Positions 1-11,323 of a DNA stretch of 62,881 nt are shown piece after piece (within the stretch, counting starts at the first letter, position 1; the number at the start of each line of letters is the position of its first letter). The position numbers and the translations under genes are program-made. Below the pieces are notes generated by a model that saw only the letters and a program-made list of their open reading frames with translations, had not been told where the DNA came from and ran no database searches. The stretch comes from Seison nebaliae (lineage: Eukaryota), in contig JALJEE010001958.1 of the NCBI GenBank assembly GCA_023231475.1, positions 1-62,881 of the forward strand. Direction: 5' to 3'.

Positions 1-88
1 TCAACGAAGTCACGGTAAGTGGCGAGGCGGTGTGGCAACGTAGATCAATATCTTTCTGAAGTGGCGATATGGAGTCAATGGTAGACAT
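1..88 (-). CDS. Possible 5' end of a gene running off the left edge (MSTIDSISPLQKDIDLRCHTASPLTVTSL...)
   Basis: ATG at 88 on the minus strand, open to the window edge, and more GC-rich than the flanking DNA. No family recognised. Confidence 0.3.
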   Translation of the reverse strand, partial: MSTIDSISPLQKDIDLRCHTASPLTVTSL

Positions 89-452
89 GAGTAAGATATA
101 AATTACCAAAGATAAAATTATTCGGAAAAGTTTTTAACAGGAATTTTTTTTTATCATTTATATAATATACATATTTCCATACACATATACTAACAGTAAG
201 TATACAAGTATACATGTTCGAAAATTTTGTACGGTAGGGTTCTACCTTTTTAATCGATAAACTCGCATAGTCTAGCATTTTTATTTTTTACGGAATTGAT
301 GTACAAGGAGAAATGTAAAATGAGAATAGATGAGGATCGAATTAGAAAGTATTAGTCAGTCAGTAAAATTTTTTATGAATGAATGAGAGGTTGAAAATCT
401 CAGTCATAAAGTCATTATTGGTTACAAAGATTTTCCGAATATCCGCTTAACT

Positions 453-713
453 ATGAGCCCTCACCAAAATTTAATAGCCGCTTGCAACAACAACCAAGTT
501 GACATAATAAGTCGAATCCAAGTTGGTGAATGTATCCTGAATAAATTAGATGATGAGTATGGAAACTTTCCATTGGAAAGTAGTTGACAGGGTAATTGGA
601 AATTCAGAACACTCCCTTGCGTACAAAATTTGAAAACATGTAACGATCGTTTAAATGTTGAAAGTTGGTTACATGCAACGTTGATATTAATAAGAAAACT
701 AAAAATCAACTGA
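453..713 (+). pseudogene. Ankyrin-repeat-like fragment interrupted by an in-frame TGA (585-587)
   Basis: MSPHQNLIAACNNNQVDII...NKLDDEYGNFPLESS*QGNW loosely resembles ankyrin repeats (L..A...n.....; D..G..PL..A...Gn). The frame continues past the TGA to a stop at 711-713. Confidence 0.3.
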
Positions 714-1639
714 ACATCAATTTTACCATTAAATCAACTTCACATACTTTTTATTCCATTAACGACGCAACCAGTGGGGAAATTTCTTCGTCATGACAAT
801 GGACGGCGATTACCCAACGAACCTCATCAATTTCTCTCCCTTCAGAATCATGTAACTCTTATTGTAATTATTATTATGACAATAATCGTATTTTTTTTAT
901 TGTGCTATACGGAATATATAATTCTTCGGATTATATTTGCGCAGAATAAAATAAGTATTTAACTTTGGTGACGGTAATCTGACAAGTGATGAAGAAAAAC
1001 TTACATTAGAGATTTTAGTTAAATTTTGAAGAAGAAAAATTATCTATTAAGGGTCAAATTGGTAAGGAGATTGTGTCTAGTATTTTGAGCAATTTGTTTA
1101 AGAATACGACGATAATCTATTTAATGATAAGATGAATTGAAATCAATTTGGAAATCTACTTGATTTCCGATCGATGGAAATTATTCCACTATACTTGTCC
1201 ATATACAATATTAGTGCAAGATTATTTTCTACAACAATAAAACTTACCAATTATTCCAAGAAACACAAATTATTCTATCAAATATGTTGTAATTCTCGTC
1301 GGATTCTGATAACGGATAAATGTGGAATTATTCCAGTTAATTTGGTTTAATTCTTGCGACTGAATAATTTGTTAAATTATAGAGAAAACAATCTGGCTTT
1401 TTTGGGATATTAGCAAAAAACGTTTGTAATTACAAAAAAATTCTTCTTCACATTCATTTAGGTTGAATTTTCGATTTTATTTCAAGGAAATTTATACAAA
1501 CTTTTCAGTGAAAATAGGAAAAGAATTATTAAATATTTATGAGATTAAGTTCCCACGAATTTATGATGTAAACTTAAATAATAATGAGAGTATTTTAAAC
1601 AAAAATAATAACGCGAAAAAAAAGAAAAAACCGAAAAAG

Positions 1640-2239
1640 ATGACCTCATATAAGAAAGCCGAAAAAGAAAGAAAAAAGAAAAGACAAAAGGAAAAAAAGA
1701 GGAAAGAAAAGGAAAAAAAGAAGAAAGATAAGGAAAAAGAAAAGGGAAAGAAGAAGAAAGAAAAGGAAAAGAAGAAGAAAGAAAAAACTAAAAAGAAGAA
1801 GGAAGAAAAGGCTAAAAAGAAGAAGGAAGAAGATAATGAAAAGATTGAGAAGAAAAAAGAAGATATGACTATATGTACTCTTCTAACTGAACTGGCACAT
1901 CCCCAAAAATTTTTAAGTGAAAGAAAGAATATAGAAATGACAACGGCGGAATTTCTAGCACAAACATGTCGACAATTAAAAATTTTACCAGGTAAAGATG
2001 TGACGGAATTAGGTAATCAAACAGTTAGACAATTGATGCCGAAATTGCGGGCTCAAAAGAAGAAAACTTGTAAGGAAGAATGTGATTTTGATATGGAAAA
2101 TACTAATGTGCTAATTGATCCCGAAGAAATGGGTCGAAGTAATTTTATGAAAGACCAAGTACTTACCGGTGAAGATGATGCATTGAAAAACGGTGCTCGG
2201 AAATTGAAGCACGATTTACTTTATGGAGAAAGTTACTAA
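1640..2239 (+). CDS. Orphan protein with a Lys/Glu-rich N-terminal tract and a ~120-aa complex C-terminal part
   Basis: Stop-free ORF 1463-2239 with first ATG at 1640. KKEKEKKK low-complexity tract at about 1655-1862, followed by normal-composition sequence. Confidence 0.55.
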   Translation: MTSYKKAEKERKKKRQKEKKRKEKEKKKKDKEKEKGKKKKEKEKKKKEKTKKKKEEKAKKKKEEDNEKIEKKKEDMTICTLLTELAHPQKFLSERKNIEMTTAEFLAQTCRQLKILPGKDVTELGNQTVRQLMPKLRAQKKKTCKEECDFDMENTNVLIDPEEMGRSNFMKDQVLTGEDDALKNGARKLKHDLLYGESY

Positions 2240-2605
2240 TTTAATTTTTTCAACGGTGATCATCTAGACTACTTAATCATCTATTAGCTACATATAATTT
2301 TCAAAGATTCATATTAGTTAAAATACCGAAGTACCTAACCAAATTTATCAAAACATTGAATAAAGATTCAAGGAAATTTTACAAAGCTACTCGAAAGCGA
2401 TTTATTTCAGATTATAAGTCTTTGAGAGAAGATTTGCCAGCCAGTTAATTTTGTTATTTAAATATATTTAAATTTTCGATATGTTTAGCAAAGTATATAT
2501 CCATCGAAGTAGTTATAGGAATAATAAAAAGTTTCTTATTTAAATAATTTTGTACAAAACGAAAGTTTCTCATAAATTTTAGAATTTATAAAAGCCATAT
2601 TGAAA

Positions 2606-2854
2606 ATGAAGAAATCTACTTGGGTATTAGTAATAGTGATAATAATATTTGTTTATTTTATACGTTGGTTTAAACATGTGGTCAATTATCCGAATGAATT
2701 TCCTCAATCGCCACCCATACCACCGTCAATCATTGGCTTCGAGCCGGAAGTGGAACCGCTTTATAAGAATCGTTTCTCACCTAAACTTAAACCATATCAT
2801 ATGCATTTTGATATGACTGGATCCATAGGGGATGTACAACATCCACATATGTGA
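2606..2854 (+). CDS. Small protein with an N-terminal hydrophobic anchor and Pro-rich stalk
   Basis: MKKSTWVLVIVIIIFVYFIRW followed by PQSPPIPPS. Single exon, no recognised family. Confidence 0.4.
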   Translation: MKKSTWVLVIVIIIFVYFIRWFKHVVNYPNEFPQSPPIPPSIIGFEPEVEPLYKNRFSPKLKPYHMHFDMTGSIGDVQHPHM

Positions 2855-2891
2855 ATAATGATATCCTTTTCTTTTATTATCAAATTGAACA

Positions 2892-3824
2892 ATGGACATT
2901 CGTTCAATTCCATCAATTGAATTGGAAATTGACAAATGAAAATATTAAATTTAGATTTTGTCGAAATTATTCAGAATGAACTTTATGAAACTATTCTCCG
3001 AATTACCAATCATTCACATGAACATCTAGCCATTTACAAGGTTTTCTATGAGAATCCTAATCTACTAGTTCAACAACCGATAGGAGTTCTCAATGTTTGA
3101 ATTTCAATAAAGTTTTTTCTACAGTTGTTAATAAACCTTTAGACACAGGAAACTAAATTTATCAAATTTTTATTCTACGGCAAATGGAGTTCTCACATTA
3201 ATCTTCAAGTCTTCATAAGTTTTCCCACCATTTAGTATTAATGTTTAATTAAATTAAATTCATTAAGCATTTAATAATCGTAAAATCTCACAAGTATGTC
3301 GTGGAAGAATAGTCGTCACTCAATCAAATTATCCGAACGTTAACATAAACCGAAATTCTAGAGGATTGACCAAAAGAGAATTATCTCTTGTACGTATAAC
3401 TGAGGATTGTAAAGAAGAGAAGAAGAGTGTGTGTCATAATTATGATAATAAGATGATATTTGCAGAAGCATATCGAGTACCAATTGATTGTTGCAAAATA
3501 GATGAAGAAGATGATAAATCAGAAAGTACTTATTCATGTTATTGTCAATATAGTACGATGTATGAGAGAAAACATAAAGAAAAGGATCGTCGACATCTCA
3601 AATGTCGTAATGAGAGGACGTCACGATTACTCAGCAAACAATATCCCTGTAAAAAAATAAAAAGTTTAAGATTTTTAATACTTATTCAACTTGTTCAATA
3701 ACTTCTACTAGATGAAGAGAAACCAATGAGCTATCCACAAATTATTATAGATTTCATACTCTATCATTGCGTTAACATATTTTGGATATGTGTCAGTCCA
3801 TTCTACAGAATTTATCATAACTGA
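2892..3824 (+). CDS. Five-exon gene for a divergent MSP-domain (VAP-like) protein with a hydrophobic C-terminal tail
   Basis: Removing GTT-AG introns 2902-2954, 3095-3142, 3219-3294 and 3664-3711 gives one open frame: MDIHFVEIIQNELYETILRITNHSHEHLAIYKVFYENPNLLVQQPIGVLNTQETKFIKF...QIIIDFILYHCVNIFWICVSPFYRIYHN*. The N-terminus resembles the MSP pattern L.l.N.s....vaFKV....P....V.P..G.l. Confidence 0.5.
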
Positions 3825-4658
3825 AATAATTAACTAATTTACCCATCACATTTTCAAGTCTCTTTATTCGCTGTCAAGAAATTTGTAAATGAAATAATTT
3901 CCGTTAAATTTCAGGAATTGACGATTGTCATATATTTCATTCTCTATCAATGCTTCAATAGATCGTTAACACTCAATAAAATTTGCTCAAACTTTATCAA
4001 TATTCAATTGATTCCTGATAATTATTTAACTACTGAATAGAAGTTTCAATATAGAATTTCATTAAATTCCCTTCCACTAATGTAATAAATAATAGTTCGT
4101 TTATTGGAAAAACTTGTTAGTACAAGGAACTAAATTAAAATAATATGTGTAAATAATAATTATTTTTGGGTATAATATTCGATTTAGTGGAAGTTTCTAG
4201 TTAAAAATTATGATGAGTTTACTTAATTAGGAATGTTATGGAATATTATTTATAAATTAAATAAGTTCTAATATGAATATGGTTAATTAAGGAGATATAT
4301 AAATATGATAAAACATCATCTTTGATATAATAAATAGAAGAATATTCTGGAGGATGCATAAAAACAATTGCTAATGATTCTGGTGCATTATGTGCTATTA
4401 TAATTTCTAATGGAAATTTTATGAATTAGCATGTCATTTATGGAGAAGTAAGAATCTGTAGATTCATTTAGTAGATATGATTTCTGTAAATCGAATTTAA
4501 ATAAACGAATTGGTTGAGAGGCTTCTCAATTGAAAATAAATTCAAATGAAGAGACTGAAGAACAATAAATGAATCGATGGGGGGAAAAGGAGAAATTAAA
4601 TTGAGTTTGAAGATTATTTTTTATAGATAATTCAAAGAGAAATTCTCATAGTAGAAGA

Positions 4659-7082
4659 ATGGCATCGAAATACTTCACAGATGTTATGACTTATGGTGAA
4701 TTGATGTTGTTGAATGAATGTAAACGATTCAATAATGATGTTTTATTTTCTTTTATTATTCCCCTTAATTGGATTCCACTCGATTATAGTTCATCAGTCC
4801 GCTGGCTCCAACAGCACCCATCCCTAATGATATTAAACGAGTTAATGAATTTGAAGACTGATGTGAAATAAAATTTTGTAAAAAAGGGATTGATCTTTAA
4901 GATGTTGAAGATCTTCAATAAACTGAAAACGGCTGGAGTCACACAAGATATGGAAGATGATGATCTCGCTCAACTATTCACAACCATCAAAATTCTTTCT
5001 CGAACGAAAGAGGCTTCAGATGTTCAATCTCTTCTCGTTAATTAAATTCAAAAATCAACTTTCAGATGTTATGTCAAGAGGATTTGTTGAAATGTTTACA
5101 AATTTATTCGGCTTTGTCACCAGAACCGAAATTCAACGAACTGGTTGTGAATAAATATAATAAATCCGTTTTGAAGGAAGCGTTGGGATGTATCAGTAAC
5201 ATCTCCTTTTATACCATGTCTGCCGTCAATAAATTTGTGTTCGTTCTATTCATTTTCACTTCTCCATTCTCGTTGTGACGTTATTCTCCTACTATTCGTT
5301 ATAGTACGAATGGTTTACATCAAACATTAATTCAAGTTATCAAAGAATATGGGCCGGGTGGTAAGAAATCGGAGAAACCGTTGAAGAATATGTCGACGGA
5401 AAATCAAGCGATTTTCTTACTCTATTTACGTATTTTGTTCTTGTTCAATACGAAAAGTCACATCGTCAGGTCAATTATATTGAATTAATTGGGAGAAATA
5501 TTAAATGAAATTTTTAGATCTCATCTTCTTCTCGAATGTAATGCAGCTGCCATTCTTTATGGTGTGTTGAATGAAGTTATAAAGAATGGATATTCCATCG
5601 ACTTGAAAAAGACAAGTTAATTTATTGGATATATTATGTCAATATCATTCGACAATCAGATAAGATGGAAGTCAATAGTTTAAGAATGGAGGAACAGCCT
5701 AGATGGTTCGGATCTATAATAAAAATTCAATTATTCGATGCCGATGTCATCATTGAAATATATAAAAGTTTATTCAATTTGACATTGAACTATTCCGGAC
5801 AAGAAATCATTCCTGGAGTTATTAATTTTTTCTTTTAAACATTTTTCATGAAATAATTTAGGATGAAGAAAAGAATATTATTCGATTCATAGTCATCACT
5901 CGAATGATATTGACGTGTCGTGTTGGAGTTCCTCATCAAGCGAAAAGTTTCGAGATTATTCGGTTAGAATGAATTAATTACACTTTTAATCAATTCATTT
6001 TATATTAGACATGCGACTAATGCTTTGTATAACATTCCCGAATATCTCTACAAATATTTCATTAGTTCACAACCATCTGATGGTGAAATGATGATATCAA
6101 CAAAATTACAAGGAGATGAAGGAAGTAATGTAGATGAGTATTTAGTAAATTGTCGAACATATCGAAATAAAGATATGCGTCCAGTTCTCATTATGTTCCA
6201 TCTACTCCAACATGACTTAGAGGAAATGATCGCAGATGATTTAGTTTATTTTCATTTATAATTTTGTTTCATGTTCTGATAGTTAAACAGTGAAAAATCT
6301 GATTTACTCGTCCCACCGATGAGATTATTATCGAGAATTTCAGAAGTGTTTGAAGAAGTACGACGTCTCCTCAAATTCATTATATTACCCCCATTGAAAA
6401 AGAAGGATGTAGTGGCATTACCACATCAAGGGAAAACATTACGGAATAATTTTACAAAAGTTTGTCAATGTACCAACACGAATGTGAGTAGTGCTGCTGT
6501 TAATCTCTTATTCGTATTATGTAAGAAAGATGGTTATTATCTTATTATTCCGTTTATCTTCCTAAATTCATTTCTATAGCAAATCGATTAATCAAACAAA
6601 TTGGATTTGGAAATTCAGCGTTGCTCCTCTCACAGAACGGTTTGATGAAAGAGGCATTATCTCAGAATAAAAACGATGCAAATAAAGATAATGATATCGA
6701 TTCGGAAACGGAAGAATATCGAGAAATCTTTAAAAAGTTCAAATTCTTCTTTTCTTCAATTAATATCAATTTACTTTCCCTTAGAATAAATCCAGTAACT
6801 TGTCGATTGGAAGACGATGAGAAATATTGGAAGAACGATGTTCTCGATAACATGACCGATGAACAAAAGGAACATGAGGCGATGAAACTTGTTGAACAGA
6901 TTCATAAACTCACCGAGTTATTAACTTTCTTTTTTTAACGATTTATAAATTAACATTCCTATCCGAATAATAGAGAAGGATTAATTAAACCTTGTAAGAT
7001 CGACGAATCGGGGAATGCTGTGCCGATAAAACACGTAACGCAATTGTTGGAGGAACCGAAGAAAACAAAGAAGAAAATTTAA
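4659..7082 (+). CDS. RIC8: Synembryn/Ric-8 G-alpha GEF and chaperone, 13 exons
   Basis: Conserved C-terminal blocks LLFVLCK..ANRLIKQIGFGNSALLL, DSETEEY, INPVTCRLE and MTDEQKEHEAMKLV. Introns 4740-4789, 4841-4886, 5022-5065, 5239-5304, 5470-5517, 5616-5659, 5818-5861, 5963-6008, 6244-6282, 6533-6579, 6737-6784 and 6917-6973 restore a single frame. Confidence 0.9.
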
Positions 7083-7324
7083 GAAATTTAATTAAAAAAA
7101 AGAATTTTTGAAAAAAATTCTCGAATCAATTTAAACATTTTAGATTTGAATTAAATTATTTTTCTGGCAATGTTGTTAAAAAAATGCTTATTTGCATTTT
7201 CCGTTTATCTACCGCTTTTCTATCCCATTCTCGAAATGGAGGATTATATTCGTATTAAATTGAGATCATAATAAAATTTATTTGAATAAAATAAAGTGAA
7301 AATGAGAAGAATCGAATTAATCGT

Positions 7325-8245
7325 TTATGGAGGTTCCAGTTTAAGAAATACAAAATAATTTATAGGACTGTAAAAGAATTCAGGAATATAATTGACAGCT
7401 ACGAAATAGGTAGTGTAACTGCTAATTCCCAAAGTGACGAATGAGGTGATTAGTAAGAAAATTGTATAATTTCTAATATAATTCCGAAGTTTTCTTAAAG
7501 ATATTCGAATGACATGCTTCCGCCTATCCAACGAGCTACAATTGAATGACAATGGATTGACGAGGGAGAAAGCCGGTGAGTTCTTTTCCGGTCCTCCCAC
7601 ATAAACGTATTGATTGAGGAAATGTCGTTTCTCAAATTCTTCGTGTAATTTCCTTAGACGTTTCTTATATTTCTTCGAAGGACAATCGGCGAGTAGATAT
7701 TGAATGAAATCATTATCTTTTTCGAACGTTTGCCAATATCGATCAGAATCTTGATTGTGATATAATTTGAGCAGGGTCATTGTTAATGAGAAAACGGTGA
7801 AAACTGGTAGAATAATAATGAGGAGATCAGCCGTTCGAAAATAAGATGTCGTATAACGTACGTTCGTTGCATTACCTCCACTATAGAGGAGAATGGTGAA
7901 ATCGAATAGAATGAATACCAGTTGAACGAGAATAAGAAAATTCGCCACGGCTAATCCAGGATATATGTAGAAGAAGACACGGACAAAATTGACTTGGGAC
8001 AAGATGTCAACATATCGGTTATATGGACAGACTGCACAGGGATCATTGGCATCTAATCTTCTTGCGATATAATGTCTAACTGAACAGGAAACTTCTTTTT
8101 TGAGAAGGTCCCGAGGTACTCGCAATAAGTTACAGTGTCGGTCGATATTATCATGTGCTGAGTGGAGAAGTACTCCACATTCATAACGATGATCTTGGCG
8201 CTTCTGGTACATTATCTCATCTCTCCATTTTGCGAGGAAGACCAA
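7325..8245 (-). CDS. Orphan multi-pass membrane protein (possibly the last exon of a gene extending to 8380-9517)
   Basis: 306-codon ORF with 3-4 hydrophobic segments and a Cys-containing N-terminal part. An in-frame acceptor-like TAG lies just upstream (about 8263-8265). Family not recognised. Confidence 0.6.
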   Translation of the reverse strand: MVFLAKWRDEIMYQKRQDHRYECGVLLHSAHDNIDRHCNLLRVPRDLLKKEVSCSVRHYIARRLDANDPCAVCPYNRYVDILSQVNFVRVFFYIYPGLAVANFLILVQLVFILFDFTILLYSGGNATNVRYTTSYFRTADLLIIILPVFTVFSLTMTLLKLYHNQDSDRYWQTFEKDNDFIQYLLADCPSKKYKKRLRKLHEEFEKRHFLNQYVYVGGPEKNSPAFSLVNPLSFNCSSLDRRKHVIRISLRKLRNYIRNYTIFLLITSFVTLGISSYTTYFVAVNYIPEFFYSPINYFVFLKLEPP

Positions 8246-8379
8246 AAAGATGATTAGTTTATCTACAAGATTTTCGTATTAACAATTTGATCGAATGAGT
8301 ATTAGGAAGAAGAAAAATTCAATTAGATCAAAAATTTCAAATTACATTTTTATTTTGAATTGAATTCATTCTTTCGACT

Positions 8380-9517
8380 TTAGTCGTCGTCCACACGATA
8401 AACGACATTTCGATTTTTACTATTCAAACTGTTTAAACTTTTCGCTAATAACCACTCGGATAGTTGAAATTCATCTATCAACTTCTTTTCCTCATTTTGG
8501 ATTTGTGGCGACTCGAAAATGAGATCCTTATACGTTTTCATTCCTAAAATACCTGTCTCGTCATCCAATTGGACGTCGCTACCATCCCATCCTACTAATT
8601 TCTCCGAATTCTCAAACATTTCACTATTCGGCACATTAACGAAACGTCCAATCTCATTTTGTTCCGTCGGAGTGAGATAAGGCTCCATCGATATCGGTAA
8701 CATTCGTCTCAGTTTGTTACGTAAAGAAATTTCGGAGAGTGATCCACCCATCTCATCGGCTGTCGTGCCACTAGTCACTGTTATTTAGAGAGAAAATAGT
8801 GTCAAATGAATTTTTTATTAAGAATAAAGATAATATAAATAATAATATTTATAAAGATATAATATATAATATCTCTATAAGATAATATATATGTTAGGGA
8901 GAGGAGGTAAAAATCTTAATAAAATTAAAAAGAAGAGAATGAGGAAGGAAATTAGAGAACAGTCAATAAGAAAAGGAAAAGAAATGAAGGAATTATGTAG
9001 AAAGGTTTATGAAGAGTAGTGCCATACCATAAGGAGCTGTGTAAGAAATGGATGAAAGGAGAATAGAAGTAATAAGAAATCCGTGATAATAATAAGAGAG
9101 CATCATTTCAATCGATTTCACTTTCCGTTTCCATTCGAATATTAAAATTAAGATTCTCAAATTAAAAGATTTTCTTCTTAACGATTTATGTTCTCCTTAT
9201 TCACAACGTCTCGTCTATGAAGGATCTAGCTGATAATAAATATTTGCATTAACCAACTTGAAAGTTGTAGGAATAATAAGAGAAGAGAAAAAAGCGTGCC
9301 ACATTCATTAACGTTTATCAAGGAAAAACCGATTGAGTTTGATTAATTCTGCCCCTCGCATATCGCCTTTCTCCTTCCCCATATTGCCCCTCATTTCTAT
9401 GACAACAGGTTTATAGTTGTTATTCGTGTTACTTATCAAATTCTCATTAAACGTAACTTTCTTTTCCTTGTCAACTATAAAACTGCAATTGACATTGTCG
9501 ACTAATGTAGGAATCAT
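8380..9517 (-). CDS. Orphan gene or upstream exons (ORFs 8380-8778 and 9308-9517); exon structure unresolved
   Basis: Coding-like ORFs. 8380-8778 opens at an acceptor (taacag|tgact) and is followed by AATAAA. Confidence 0.4.
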
Positions 9518-9666
9518 AATGTTACTTCATATCCGACCTTTCACCACATCTTTTTCCTAATCAAATTAAAACGTGTTTCTTCATCTTTCTTATCAGAAAC
9601 ATTATTCTCTAATAACTATCTCACTAAATCGTTCTCTAATACCTAATATCTTCACATTCTTTCAGG

Positions 9667-11192
9667 ATGGCGATGGTGGACGACTCTTATCTCTCTCACA
9701 TCTATCATGGCAAATGTGTGGATGGAAATTTACCGTTTGTCGTGAGAAATAGTAAACTCTATTCAAACCAGTCATTACTCAGTATGACACCATCAGAAAT
9801 GAGTGAGTTTAAATCTCTTTTGAAATATTTAATTATTAATTTTCTTCAAAATTAATAATTCTTTTGTTTAAATAAAAGTTTCGATGGTAAATTAGGAAAT
9901 AAATCAACTGAAAATGAATATGATAGATTAAATCCGACGGAAGATGGTTTAGACATTTTTATGATTTTCGAATCCTCATCAAAATCGTTGTAGAAGAACC
10001 ACAGAGCAATTATGAAAATTCAACTGATCAATTTAGTGGGGAAGAGTTCGCTTCAACTGATCCATATGAAGATATGCGAACAACATTTGCATTGAAGGAA
10101 AGACCAAAAACATCGACCGTCAATGAAAAGACAAAAATTGAATTCGACTTAGCAAATCTTCAAGCAATGCAACGATGTGTCACTTCGACGACTTTACGCG
10201 ACGCTGCTACTCCTTTCATTGATACTGGAGATAATTTTCAAATGACGAAAGAAAAGAAAAAGAAATTAAAGAGGAATACCGTCCAGAATACATTGATCGA
10301 AGGAGAGAGACCGAATGGTGAAATGGAATATGAAATAATACGGACCGATCCAAATAGAACAATAATTCGTTGCACTTTCTCTCAGGACGAAGTTGAACGA
10401 CCATCGATTAAGACAAAGGAAAGAATTTTGTCTGTCGATTCGAGACAAAGGAAACAATACGATCGGTACCAAAAGAAGATTCGTCCGAAAACTACGCAGA
10501 TTATGTTTGTAAAATTTTAATTATATTAATTTTAATGAATTTGAATAACAAAACTATTTTTATTCTGTCGCTATAACTAATAATATAGACATCAAGGACG
10601 ATTAGGTAGTTCGTGGCGCCATATAAAGGAAGTGAAGAATTATACGGGATCCAATTTAGCTTTTCTTGACGGTTCGCTAACAATTATTTATCGTTATAAT
10701 AACTGTAATTCGTTTATTCATTTCATTTTAGGTTCGGTCAGTTTGGCAGATATGGCAAAATCGGAAAAGAAGAAGAGAACTATCCGAAATGTTGACTTAA
10801 ATAATAATGTACGTCCAGATATAAATTGTTGTTTTGAAATGCAACATCCGTCCGTGGAAGATAAACTAAAATTGGCGAAAGCGTATGAAAGATTACATCC
10901 TTATACGAGTAAATATGACTTCCGTGATACATCTGCCTTTTATCAGAAAGCAATTGAAAATCGGCCACAATTACGATATTATAATCGGTTAAGGAATTAT
11001 GATAATATTTATCATACGAGAGCAAAAGAAAATTATAAGTATTGGACAGCCATTGAAGGATCGAAGAAAAATATTCCAAAACGATCCGGTAGCGTTTATG
11101 CCACCAATTCCGCTCTACCTTCATTGCAGCAACAATATGCGATGGGTGCCCACCATACTGTGTTAGGATTAGGCGATGCTCCACGCAATTGA
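9667..11192 (+). CDS. Orphan basic/hydrophilic protein, about 5 exons
   Basis: GTT-AG introns 9807-9878, 9947-9993, 10505-10588 and probably 10672-10731 join ORFs 9667, 10074 and 10632 into one frame. AATAAA at about 11244. Confidence 0.6.
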
Positions 11193-11323
11193 CTTTAACG
11201 CGCAAACAATTGAGAAAAATTAAATTTTATTTTAAGTTTATTTAAATAAAAGATTCTTTCAAACGTATTAATGCGCCTTTGGTGAGAAATAAATGAAAGT
11301 CTAAAATCACACACATAAGGAAA

